In this document: positions 1-8,336 of the stretch, one piece after another
How the letters are laid out: every line of letters begins with the position of its first letter
Numbering within the stretch: the first letter of the stretch is position 1
Virus record (IMG/VR): IMGVR_UViG_2585427760_000002
Span: 1-10,983 of that record
Reading direction: 5' to 3' (one strand)
Length of the DNA stretch: 10,983 bases
Source of the DNA: a virus
Lineage: Duplodnaviria > Heunggongvirae > Uroviricota > Caudoviricetes
Program-made: the position numbers and the translations under genes
Notes under the pieces: generated by a model
What the model was told of the DNA's origin: nothing
The model's database searches: none
What the model saw: only the letters and a program-made list of their open reading frames with translations

Positions 1-474
<474 letters not shown>

Positions 475-478
475 TTAG
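475..478. repeat. Candidate 4-bp IS5 target-site duplication copy (TTAG)
   Basis: TTAG lies directly at the IS5 terminus and IS5 duplicates a 4-bp YTAR target. The second copy would be at the other IS5 end, outside the window, so the duplication itself is unverified. Confidence 0.5.
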
Positions 479-1790
479 TAATTTTGATAAGGCAAGAGCT
501 AAAGAAATATTACTAAGTGAGGTTGTTGTATTTGAAAATATTGACTCGGTAATAGAGGATTTTTCAATATTTATACAAGCAATTAATTCAAAGATAGATG
601 CTAATAATACACTCTTTAGAAATATAAAAACTGAGCAGAAAAATTTAAAAGAACATATATGGGCATATATTACCAAAGATGAGTTAAAAACGGATATAGA
701 AACTTACCTTAAAGCACGAAGCAAACTTGAGAAGAAAAGAGATGGTCTAAATGTAGGAGTAGCAAAAGAAAGCGAACAACTGATCGAGTTGAAGAAGGAG
801 ATGGAAGGAATTGAATCTAGCCAGACGAGTATTCTTCCAACTGTTCATGCAATTAATAATATTTTGAAGTGCTATGGGTTCACAAATTTCCATCTTAAAC
901 CATCTGAAGATAAAGCGCATTATGTAATAGTAAGAGACAGCGGAGATAACGCTAGATTAACATTGAGCGAAGGAGAGAAGACGTTCATCACTTTTCTTTA
1001 CTATTATAGTCTTGTGAGAGGTAGCAATCAATCTTCTGGTGTTCTGGAAGATCGGGTCGTTGTTTTTGATGATCCAATATCAAGTTTAGATAGCGATATA
1101 TTGTTTATTGTCAGTTCACTAATTAAAAATTTAATGGATGATGTCCGTGAAAACAAAGGCAGCATAAAACAAATAATTATACTTACGCATAACATCTATT
1201 TTCACAAAGAGTTAACATTCAATCCAAAAAGATCAGGTAATAATGCAATGAATGAAGAAACCTTTTGGATTGTTAGAAAGAAAGATAAGAATTCTTATGT
1301 TGAAAAGTGCACTACCAACCCAATAAAAACATCATACGATCTCTTATGGAGCGAATTACGTCGTAGTGATAAAAATAATGGAACAATTCAAAACACTATG
1401 CGCAGAATTTTAGAGAACTACTTTAAAATTTTAGGTGGTGTTGATGTCAGAGAGTTAGAGTGTAATTTTGAAGGTTATGATAAATTAATTTTTAACTCAT
1501 TGGTGTCATGGATTAATGATGGCTCGCATTTTTCTGGAGATGATGTGTACATGAATTTAGATGATGTTTCTGTTGAGAAGAATCTAATTGTGTTTCAGAA
1601 AATATTTGAGTGTAGCCAACATGCAGCGCATTATAAAATGATGATGGGCGATTCGTATAAGCCCCTGGAAATAACGGTTCAACCTGTCGATGTTGTTGAA
1701 TTGGAGTCTGGTGCTAATGATGATGATATGAAAGTTGATGGTGCTGATGAGAAATCATCTTTGTTGTTAAGTGATGATGCGCCATTTTAA
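475..1790 (+). pseudogene. 3' portion (about 438 codons) of an IS5-interrupted ABC/SMC-like (AAA_13-type) ATPase gene; AT-rich cargo; possible PrrC/RloC-like C-terminal effector region
   Basis: The frame is open from the IS5 junction to the TAA at 1788-1790. The protein has a charged coiled-coil-like stretch (KTDIETYLKARSKLEKKRDGLNVGVAKESEQLIELKKEMEGIESS), an ABC signature-like LSEGEKTFITFLYYYSL, a Walker B/D-loop RVVVFDDPISSLDSD and an H-loop-like IIILTHN. No Walker A (GxxxxGK[ST]) is present and no ATG/GTG/TTG start follows the junction in frame, so the N-terminus must be on the far side of IS5. About 200 C-terminal residues are unassigned. The track ORF 405-1790 begins inside IS5 and is a read-through artefact. 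The segment is much more AT-rich than the phage genes. Confidence 0.6.
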
Positions 1791-1809
1791 TAAGTTAAAT
1801 TCTAAATAC

Positions 1810-1835
1810 GCCTGTAATAGATTTTAATTACAGGC
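1810..1835. terminator. Candidate bidirectional intrinsic terminator between the convergent cargo gene and Q
   Basis: Perfect inverted repeat GCCTGTAAT (1810-1818) / ATTACAGGC (1827-1835) around an 8-nt loop, in a 53-bp AT-rich gap between two convergent stop codons (1790 and 1844), with T/A-rich flanks on both strands. The stem is only moderately GC-rich. Confidence 0.4.
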
Positions 1836-1843
1836 CTATTTAA

Positions 1844-2872
1844 CTAATTTAAATCGTAATTTTTGAAATTTATAATATTTACACCTGCCCAATCGTTCAA
1901 TTCTTCCAACCTTTTTTGCAATGGTAAAAGTTCATTTCGAACGAAAACATTCGCTGCCTTTTCCACATCCCCAAATCCCCCAACATTGCTAGGCATTATC
2001 CCCATCATCTGCGGCGGCACCCGGTGCGCTGCCATCATGTCGTCCCGGCTCACGTTCTTGATGTTCAAAAACTCATCCTTTGCCGCCACTTCTGATAGTG
2101 GGATGATCTGGATGCCGTCCTTTTTACCGTTGGGGGAGTACATAAACAGGTTGCGGAAGTTGCCCGGCCCTTTGGCGCTTTTCATGGCTTGGCGGATGTT
2201 GTTCACGTCCTCTTGGTTCTGCGCCGCGTCGGTCATGTACATGATGAACCCTGCATGGCTGCCGTTGATGTAGTACTTGCGACGAAACAGAGTGGCGGAT
2301 TCGTTCAGCAGGGCAGAAGGAATAGCTGACAGATATTCTGGCAGGCCGTAAATCTCTTGGTTCAGGTCAGGTTCCATCAGATGAAAAATGCTACCTTTAG
2401 TGAACTCATACGGCTGCGTGGTCAACCCGTACTGTACAAACCAGTAAGTATCTAGATCCACTCCGCGGCGGGTGTATTTCGCCAGTGACGGCTCAAGCGA
2501 CAGAATGCCGCCGAGCCGGTTGGTGCGCTTCTCCAGATAGGCGTTACCAAATACCAGATAGTCCTGTACAAATCGGCTGAATGCCTGCTGGCTCAGAAGC
2601 GGGTGGGGAATAAAGGTGCTGGTCAGAATATTACGCTTCACCGCAATTGGGGAGCTGTGGTGCACCGCCGCGCGGTAGGTGCGCGCCAGCCCGTCAAAAC
2701 TCACCGGTGGCTCATACCACCTGTCCATCTGTACGCATTCCACATAGTCCAGTAATTCGCGGCGGTCCAGAACTGGGATCGGATCACCGAAGCTGAATGC
2801 TTCTGCCGCTGCGCCGCGGCTGGTATTTGTGTTGTGATTAGCCGCGGTGCGGCGGTTCTTACGTTTGCCCAT
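1844..2872 (-). CDS. Q: Phage portal protein (P2 gpQ-like), 342 aa
   Basis: The translation (MGKRKNRRTAANHNTNTSRGAAAEAFSFGDPIPVLDRRELLDYVECVQMDRWYEPP...) is recognisable as the P2-family portal. Length is close to P2 gpQ, and its ATG overlaps the P stop (ATGA at 2870-2874), as in P2. Confidence 0.9.
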   Translation of the reverse strand: MGKRKNRRTAANHNTNTSRGAAAEAFSFGDPIPVLDRRELLDYVECVQMDRWYEPPVSFDGLARTYRAAVHHSSPIAVKRNILTSTFIPHPLLSQQAFSRFVQDYLVFGNAYLEKRTNRLGGILSLEPSLAKYTRRGVDLDTYWFVQYGLTTQPYEFTKGSIFHLMEPDLNQEIYGLPEYLSAIPSALLNESATLFRRKYYINGSHAGFIMYMTDAAQNQEDVNNIRQAMKSAKGPGNFRNLFMYSPNGKKDGIQIIPLSEVAAKDEFLNIKNVSRDDMMAAHRVPPQMMGIMPSNVGGFGDVEKAANVFVRNELLPLQKRLEELNDWAGVNIINFKNYDLN

Positions 2873-4635
2873 CAGAAAATCTCCACAATGTTGTTGGTAT
2901 TGGCGGCCTCGCCCTGCAGCGGTTCGTTAAACAGCGCGTGCATCGTTGCCCAGGCCAAATCTGCATGGCTGGCTTCTTCACTTCGGCTGGCTTCATATGT
3001 TGGGCGGTTGCCGCTGGCGGTGGTGGCCCGGCGGATTGCCATAAAGGATTGCGCGATGTCGGTGTGCCCTGCGTCGAACTCCAGGCGGCGGTGGCTGATA
3101 ATGTCGTATGCCTTGAGAACCAGGGCGTTTTTGACGTTCGGGTTATAAACGAACTCGCGGACGGCGGGGAAAAAGGCTTTAACGTTCTCATAGACGCCGT
3201 GGCCTACGCCGGTTGAGTCGATGCCGATATAGGTCACGTTATATTGCTGCGTGAGGGCTTTGATAGCGTCAGCCTGGGCGCGAAAGTCCATTCCGCGCCA
3301 CTGGTGACGCTCCAGAATACGGAACTTGCCGCCCGATACTGATGGCGGGGCAATGACGACGCAACCGGCGCTGTCACCGTTCTGCGTACCTTTCGCCGGG
3401 TCATAACCGATCCAGACTTCACGCCAGCCAAACGGACGCAGCGCCAGCGCCTGAAAATCAGTCCAGACTTCCCAACTGTCCACCATGCAGGCCTGCAGCT
3501 CGCTGAGCGGGAACACTGACGCCAGATCGTCAATAAATTCACACATCAGCAGGTTCTGGTATTCGTCAGGGCTGTATTCCATGCGCAGCTGGTCGAGGTC
3601 GAACAGGTTACAGCCACCGCGCACGGCATCCTCAACGGTGACGATCTGGCGGTATTGTCCATCTGGGCAAAGCACGCCGCGCGCCAGATTGGCGTGGGTC
3701 AGGTCAATATCTACCTTGTCAGCTTTTGCGCGGCCCCGATTGAACAGGGCGCCCGACCAGAACGGATAGGCGCTGTGGGTCAGGCTGGACGGCGTGGAAA
3801 AATAGGTTTGCCGCCATTTTTTGTGAATCGCCATCCCAGATGCCACTTTGCGTAGCTCCTGGAATTTCGGTATCCAGAAATATTCATCAAGGTAAAGGTT
3901 GCCATGGTAGCTCTGCGCGGTGCGGGCGTTTGTGCCGAGGAAATACAGCGTGGCGCCATTGCTGAGCGTCATCGGGTCGCCTTTCAGCTCCACATCAACC
4001 TCTTTGGCAAAGTCGATGATGTATTGCTTAAAGACGTGTGCCTGCGCCTTGCTGGCGGAGAGGAAGATTTGATTGCGCCCTGTGGTGATAGCGTCGATCA
4101 GTGCCTCGCGGGCGAAGAAATACGTTGCGCCTATCTGACGGGATTTAAGCAGGTTGCGGATGCGGTGCTTAACGCCTGCCTGCCACCAATGGCGCTGATA
4201 TTCGAACATACCGCCACGGAATATTTCTTCCAGCTTTTCGATCTGCTCATCGGTGAAAATGTTCTTTTCAGGCTGGCGGCGCGGGCCTTTGTTGCGGTTG
4301 GCAACTTTCGGATTCAAATCTGCCTCGTTCCCGCCATCGTTGAATTTCCCGATCCGGGCGTGACGTTCTGACTGACGTGCCAGCAGGTCAATTTCCTTAA
4401 AGTCTTTCCCTTCTTTCTGCTCCTTCATGATGAGCTGGCAATAGCGGGCTGCAGTGGTGAGCTGCATCTGATCGAGTGGGCCATACTCGCCCCACTTATC
4501 ACGCTTTTTCCAGCTGTGAACGGTTGCAACTTTTTCGCCCAGCATTTCAGCAATGCGGGCTACGCGGTATCCCTGAAAATACAGCAGCATTGCCTGCCTG
4601 CGGGGATCGAGGTCTGAGGGGGTCATGGTTTCCAT
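2872..4635 (-). CDS. P: Terminase large (ATPase) subunit (P2 gpP-like), 587 aa
   Basis: The translation (METMTPSDLDPRRQAMLLYFQGYRVARIAEMLGEKVATVHSWKKRDKWGEYGP...) is recognisable as the P2-family large terminase. It is divergent from O and in a Q-P operon on the minus strand. An alternative start at the fourth codon (Met) is possible. Confidence 0.9.
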   Translation of the reverse strand: METMTPSDLDPRRQAMLLYFQGYRVARIAEMLGEKVATVHSWKKRDKWGEYGPLDQMQLTTAARYCQLIMKEQKEGKDFKEIDLLARQSERHARIGKFNDGGNEADLNPKVANRNKGPRRQPEKNIFTDEQIEKLEEIFRGGMFEYQRHWWQAGVKHRIRNLLKSRQIGATYFFAREALIDAITTGRNQIFLSASKAQAHVFKQYIIDFAKEVDVELKGDPMTLSNGATLYFLGTNARTAQSYHGNLYLDEYFWIPKFQELRKVASGMAIHKKWRQTYFSTPSSLTHSAYPFWSGALFNRGRAKADKVDIDLTHANLARGVLCPDGQYRQIVTVEDAVRGGCNLFDLDQLRMEYSPDEYQNLLMCEFIDDLASVFPLSELQACMVDSWEVWTDFQALALRPFGWREVWIGYDPAKGTQNGDSAGCVVIAPPSVSGGKFRILERHQWRGMDFRAQADAIKALTQQYNVTYIGIDSTGVGHGVYENVKAFFPAVREFVYNPNVKNALVLKAYDIISHRRLEFDAGHTDIAQSFMAIRRATTASGNRPTYEASRSEEASHADLAWATMHALFNEPLQGEAANTNNIVEIF

Positions 4636-4681
4636 GGCTCAAACATACGGCCTTGATTGCAGCCTTTCCCTGACTGCGTTT

Positions 4682-4699
4682 TGTGTGGTTTATCGCACA
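4682..4699. promoter_or_regulatory. TGT-N12-ACA dyad in the P/O divergent intergenic region: candidate Ogr/Delta-type late-activator site
   Basis: TGTgtggtttatcgcACA at 4682-4699. P2-family late promoters are known to carry a TGT-N12-ACA element centred near -55. The centre here (about 4690) is roughly 85 bp upstream of the O start at 4776, compatible with a rightward late promoter with a short leader. A GGAG Shine-Dalgarno sits at 4764-4767. No second clean site was found for the leftward P promoter. Confidence 0.45.
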
Positions 4700-4775
4700 A
4701 GGTGCGCGCGTTGTTTCACCCCCTCCATCACAGCAAACATAAGGCTCCAGTAAGTTTTCTAACGGAGCACAGCTC

Positions 4776-5609
4776 ATGACAGTGAAAGCAAAGCGTTTCC
4801 GTATTGGGGTGGAAGGTGTCACCACTGACGGACGCGAAATCCAGCGTGACTGGCTGATTCAGATGGCTGCCAGCTATAACCCGTCGGTCTATACCGCGCT
4901 GATCAACCTAGAACACATTAAGTCCTACATGCCGGACAGCACTTTTAACCGTTACGGCAAGGTAGCGGCGCTGGTTGCAGAGGAAATCAGTGATGGCCCG
5001 CTGGCGGGCAAGATGGCGCTTTATGCCGATGTGGAGCCAACGGATTCACTGGTGGAGCTGGTAAAAAAAGGCCAGAAGCTGTTCACCTCCATGGAGGTCA
5101 GCCCGAAATTTGCTGATACCGGTAAAGCCTATCTGGTAGGGCTGGCGGCCACTGACGATCCAGCAAGTCTGGGTACCGAAATGCTGGCTTTCAGTGCCAG
5201 CGCTGCGCACAACCCGCTGGCGAACCGTAAGCAGAACCCTGAAAACCTGTTTACCGCCGCTGCAGAAACGGTGATCGAACTGGAAGAAACCCAAGACGAA
5301 AAACCGAGCCTTTTTTTCCGCGTGGCTGCGATGTTCAGCAAAAAAGAACAAAGCGACGATGCGCGATTCTCTGATGTGCATAAAGCCGTGGAACTGCTGG
5401 CAACTGAGCAGCAGAACCTGGGCGACAGCACGCAAAAATCCTTATCTGAGCAGGCCGCCCGTCTGTCTGAGCTGGAAACCTTGCTGCAGGCGCAGGTCGA
5501 TGCCTTTTCCGAACTGCAGCAGAAGCTGAGCCAGGAAGATAGCCGCAAAGATTATCGCCAGCGCACGCCGGGCGGCTCTGCGCCTGCTGGCTCTCTGACC
5601 AATTGCTGA
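4776..5609 (+). CDS. O: Capsid scaffolding protein (P2 gpO-like), 277 aa
   Basis: The translation (MTVKAKRFRIGVEGVTTDGREIQRDWLIQMAASYNPSVYTALINLEHIKSYMPDS...) is recognisable as the P2-family scaffold. It has an SD plus ATG start and the conserved O-N-M-L gene order. Confidence 0.88.
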   Translation: MTVKAKRFRIGVEGVTTDGREIQRDWLIQMAASYNPSVYTALINLEHIKSYMPDSTFNRYGKVAALVAEEISDGPLAGKMALYADVEPTDSLVELVKKGQKLFTSMEVSPKFADTGKAYLVGLAATDDPASLGTEMLAFSASAAHNPLANRKQNPENLFTAAAETVIELEETQDEKPSLFFRVAAMFSKKEQSDDARFSDVHKAVELLATEQQNLGDSTQKSLSEQAARLSELETLLQAQVDAFSELQQKLSQEDSRKDYRQRTPGGSAPAGSLTNC

Positions 5610-5625
5610 TGGAGCATAAAACCCG

Positions 5626-6702
5626 ATGAAACAGAAAACTAAATTTGCATTCAATGCCTACCTGCAGCAGCTGGCACGCCTGAACGGTGTGGAGGTTGAG
5701 GAGCTTTCCAGCAAGTTCACCGTTGAGCCGTCCGTACAGCAGACGTTGGAGGATGAGATCCAGCAGTCTGCTGCATTCCTGACGTTGATTAACGTCTCGC
5801 CGGTTGATGAGCAGTCCGGACAACTGCTGGGGTTGGGCGTAGGTAGCACCGTTGCCGGAACCACCGACACCACCAAACAGGACCGTGAGCCTACCGATCC
5901 GATGGTGATGGAGGACGTGGAGTATAAATGCGAGCAGACCAACTATGACACGGTGCTGACCTACGCGAAGCTGGACCTGTGGGCGAAATTCCAGGACTTC
6001 CAGGTGCGCGTGCGTAACGCCATCATCAAGCGTCAGGCGCTGGACCGCATCATGATTGGCTTTAACGGCGTGAGCCGCGCCAAAACCTCTGACCGTTCTG
6101 CTAACCCTCTGCTGCAGGATGTGAACAAAGGCTGGCTGCAGAAAATCCGCGAAGATGCGCCGGATCACGTTATGGGCAGTACCACCAAAGACGGCGTAAC
6201 CACTAAAGGCGCGGTGAAAGTGGGTAAAGGCGCGTCGGGGCTGGATGACAAAGGCTACGAAAATCTGGACGCCGTGGTGATGGATGCCGTCAACGAGCTG
6301 ATCGATGTGGTGTACCAGGACGATGACGAATTGGTGGTGATCTGTGGTCGTGAGCTGCTGTCCGACAAGTATTTCCCTCTCGTCAACAAAGACCAGGAGA
6401 ACAGTGAAAAGCTGGCTGCCGATCTCATTATCAGCCAGAAACGCATGGGTGGCCTGCAGGCGGTCCGCGCGCCGTTCTTCCCGGCAAATGCCCTGCTGAT
6501 TACACGTCTGGATAACCTGTCCATTTACTGGCAGGCAGATACCCGCCGCCGTTCTGTCATTGATAACCCGAAACGCGATCGCATTGAAAACTTTGAATCG
6601 GTCAATGAGGCGTTTGTGGTGGAGGACTACCGCTGCGCGGCCCTGGTTGAAAACATCGAGTACGGTGATTTCAGTACTCCAGCACCAGATTCCGGGGAGT
6701 AA
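5626..6702 (+). CDS. N: Major capsid protein (P2 gpN-like), 358 aa
   Basis: The translation (MKQKTKFAFNAYLQQLARLNGVEVEELSSKFTVEPSVQQTLEDEIQQSAAFLTLINV...) is recognisable as the P2-family major capsid protein. Length is close to P2 gpN (about 357 aa). Confidence 0.92.
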   Translation: MKQKTKFAFNAYLQQLARLNGVEVEELSSKFTVEPSVQQTLEDEIQQSAAFLTLINVSPVDEQSGQLLGLGVGSTVAGTTDTTKQDREPTDPMVMEDVEYKCEQTNYDTVLTYAKLDLWAKFQDFQVRVRNAIIKRQALDRIMIGFNGVSRAKTSDRSANPLLQDVNKGWLQKIREDAPDHVMGSTTKDGVTTKGAVKVGKGASGLDDKGYENLDAVVMDAVNELIDVVYQDDDELVVICGRELLSDKYFPLVNKDQENSEKLAADLIISQKRMGGLQAVRAPFFPANALLITRLDNLSIYWQADTRRRSVIDNPKRDRIENFESVNEAFVVEDYRCAALVENIEYGDFSTPAPDSGE

Positions 6703-6705
6703 TGC

Positions 6706-7356
6706 ATGAGCCTGAGTCCCGCAAGGCAGCATCGCCTGCGCGTTCAGGCTGAACAGGCCGCTCGGCAGGGCGGCAGTGTTCGCCACGCGTCAGGTTATGA
6801 CCTGATGCTGCTGCAGCTGGCGGAGGACCGCCGCCGCCTTAAAAGCATTCAGTCCACGGTAACAAAGGCGCAAATCAAAGTTGAGCTGCTGCCTAAGTAT
6901 GCCGCCTGGGCGGAGGGGGTGCTGGCTGCCGGCGGTACGCAGCAGGACGATGTGCTGATGTTCGTGATGCTCTGGCGTATTGATGCCGGTGATTATGCCG
7001 GAGCGCTGGAAATCGGGCGTCATGCACTGCGTCAGGGCTGGGTGATGCCAATTGGCAATCGGAACGTGCAGACGGTGCTGGCGGAAGAAATTGCAGACGC
7101 GGCGCAAAGCGCCCTGATTGCCGCAACGGGCTTTGACGTTGAGCCGCTTCTGCAGACGCTGGACCTTACCGCCGATCACGATATGCCGGATCAGTCACGG
7201 GCGCGACTGCATAAAGCAATCGGCCTTGTGCTGGCTGAATCCAGCCCCGCATCAGCGCTTAACCACCTCAACCATGCGCTGCAGCTCGATAACCACTGTG
7301 GCGTGAAGAAAGATAAACAGCAACTGGAGCGCCGTTTGCGCGTCGCCGGTAGCTGA
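6706..7356 (+). CDS. M: Terminase small/endonuclease subunit (P2 gpM-like), 216 aa
   Basis: The translation (MSLSPARQHRLRVQAEQAARQGGSVRHASGYDLMLLQLAEDRRRLKSIQ...) resembles P2 gpM. It starts 4 nt after the N stop. It is shorter than P2 gpM (about 247 aa), which has a longer basic C-terminal tail. Confidence 0.85.
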   Translation: MSLSPARQHRLRVQAEQAARQGGSVRHASGYDLMLLQLAEDRRRLKSIQSTVTKAQIKVELLPKYAAWAEGVLAAGGTQQDDVLMFVMLWRIDAGDYAGALEIGRHALRQGWVMPIGNRNVQTVLAEEIADAAQSALIAATGFDVEPLLQTLDLTADHDMPDQSRARLHKAIGLVLAESSPASALNHLNHALQLDNHCGVKKDKQQLERRLRVAGS

Positions 7357-7449
7357 CCGAACGTGCCCCGCGCACGGGCGGCACGGGGTGGCGAAAGGCA
7401 ACGCCACATCAAAACCCCGTCCACCGCCCTCTAATCTGGAGAAAGCCGC

Positions 7450-7914
7450 ATGAAGTTTGTTGCGCCCGAACAGGCACCGGAACAGGCCGAAGTCATCAAA
7501 AATACGCCGTTCTGGCCTGATGTTGATTTGTCGGAATTTCGCAGCGTGATGCGAACGGACGGCACGGTGACGGCACCACGTTTAAAGCAGTTGATCCTTT
7601 CCGCTATGTCAGAGGTTAACGCAGAGCTTTACACCTTCCGCCAGCGCCAGCAGATGCTGGGGTTTATGACGCTGGCAGATGTGCCTGCGGAGCAGCTGGA
7701 CGGTAAAAGCGAGCGCATCCACCACTATCACAATGCTGTTTTTTGCTGGGCGCGTGCGCAGGTCAATGAGCGTTATCAGGACTATGACGCCACGGCGTCC
7801 GGCGTGAAGCGGGGAGAGGAACTGGCGGAGGCCAGCGGCGACCTGTGGCGGGATGCCCGCTGGGCTATCAGCCGGGTACAGGATGCGCCGCACTGCACGG
7901 TGGAGCTGATCTGA
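7450..7914 (+). CDS. L: Head completion/stabilisation protein (P2 gpL-like), 154 aa
   Basis: The translation (MKFVAPEQAPEQAEVIKNTPFWPDVDLSEFRSVMRTDGTVTAPRLKQLILSAM...) is recognisable as P2-family gpL. A GGAG sits about 8 nt upstream of the ATG. Confidence 0.87.
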   Translation: MKFVAPEQAPEQAEVIKNTPFWPDVDLSEFRSVMRTDGTVTAPRLKQLILSAMSEVNAELYTFRQRQQMLGFMTLADVPAEQLDGKSERIHHYHNAVFCWARAQVNERYQDYDATASGVKRGEELAEASGDLWRDARWAISRVQDAPHCTVELI

Positions 7915-8117
7915 TGAAAGTGCGTGCGTACCAGAATGACACGGTGGACGCGCTTTGCTGGCGTCATTACGGACGCACGCAGGGCGTCACGGAACAGGTA
8001 CTGCAGGCAAATCCGGGGCTGGCTGAATATGGCCCATTTTTACCACACGGCCTGCAGGTGGAGCTGCCGGATATTGCCACCACGACCACGGTGCAGACCG
8101 TCCAGCTATGGGACTGA
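7914..8117 (+). CDS. X: Tail protein X (P2 gpX-like), 67 aa
   Basis: The ATG at 7914 overlaps the L stop (TGATG). The translation MKVRAYQNDTVDALCWRHYGRTQGVTEQVLQANPGLAEYGPFLPHGLQVELPDI... matches P2 gpX in character and in length (67 aa). The track's longer ORF from 7845 uses an upstream alternative start inside L and is not preferred. Confidence 0.85.
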   Translation: MKVRAYQNDTVDALCWRHYGRTQGVTEQVLQANPGLAEYGPFLPHGLQVELPDIATTTTVQTVQLWD

Positions 8118-8120
8118 ACT

Positions 8121-8336
8121 ATGACGCTTGAACGAATCAGCGCCTTTGTTACGTACTGCATCGCCTTATTCATGGCGAAGCTTGGGAACTTTGATCTGCA
8201 GGCGGCAGCGACCATCACCGGAATGGTGCTGGGTTTGTGCATGTTTCTGGTCAGCTGGTACTACCGGCACAAGACCTATCAGCTGCTTGCCAGCGGAAAA
8301 ATCAGCCGGGGTGAATGTGAGTCTGCGGGCCGTTAA
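8121..8336 (+). CDS. Holin, small two-TMD type (pinholin-like), 71 aa
   Basis: It occupies the holin position immediately after X and before the endolysin. It has two hydrophobic segments (ISAFVTYCIALFMAKL and ITGMVLGLCMFLVSWYY) and a charged C-terminus. It is shorter than P2 gpY (about 93 aa). Confidence 0.7.
   Translation: MTLERISAFVTYCIALFMAKLGNFDLQAAATITGMVLGLCMFLVSWYYRHKTYQLLASGKISRGECESAGR

Noticed and set aside
1200-1790. Toprim nuclease domain (OLD/Gabija-like) in the C-terminal part of the ATPase, suggested by FEGYD and GDD/LDD
   Set aside because: The Glu is not preceded by a hydrophobic strand, and the spacing from EG to the acidic pair (about 24 residues) is too short for a Toprim fold, so this domain call is not supported. 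The region remains unassigned.
3163-3176. cos-like GGCGGGGAAAAAGG motif
   Set aside because: It is inside the P coding region and only partially resembles the P2 cohesive-end sequence; judged coincidental.
1863-4371. Several plus-strand ORFs (1863-2273, 2834-3148, 2938-3216, 3485-3769, 3655-3855, 3904-4371) and minus-strand 2859-3191 and 3234-3542 overlapping Q and P
   Set aside because: All are antisense or out of frame within the portal and terminase genes; no domain-like features, and the Q and P assignments explain the region.
5335-6786. 483-aa minus-strand ORF antisense to the major capsid gene N and part of O
   Set aside because: It lies entirely antisense to confidently identified, well-conserved P2-like genes in GC-rich DNA where long spurious antisense frames are common; its translation is low-complexity (Arg/Ala/Gly-rich) and unrecognisable.
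7845-8117. Longer 90-aa version of the X ORF starting at 7845
   Set aside because: The upstream extension lies inside L in another frame; the ATG at 7914 overlapping the L stop gives a 67-aa product matching the expected gpX length.
8128-8310. Upstream extension of the endolysin ORF (232-aa version)
   Set aside because: The extension overlaps the holin in another frame and has an Arg/Cys/Trp-rich composition typical of out-of-frame translation; the in-frame GTGs at 8311 and 8317 give the expected endolysin size with an N-terminal SAR segment.
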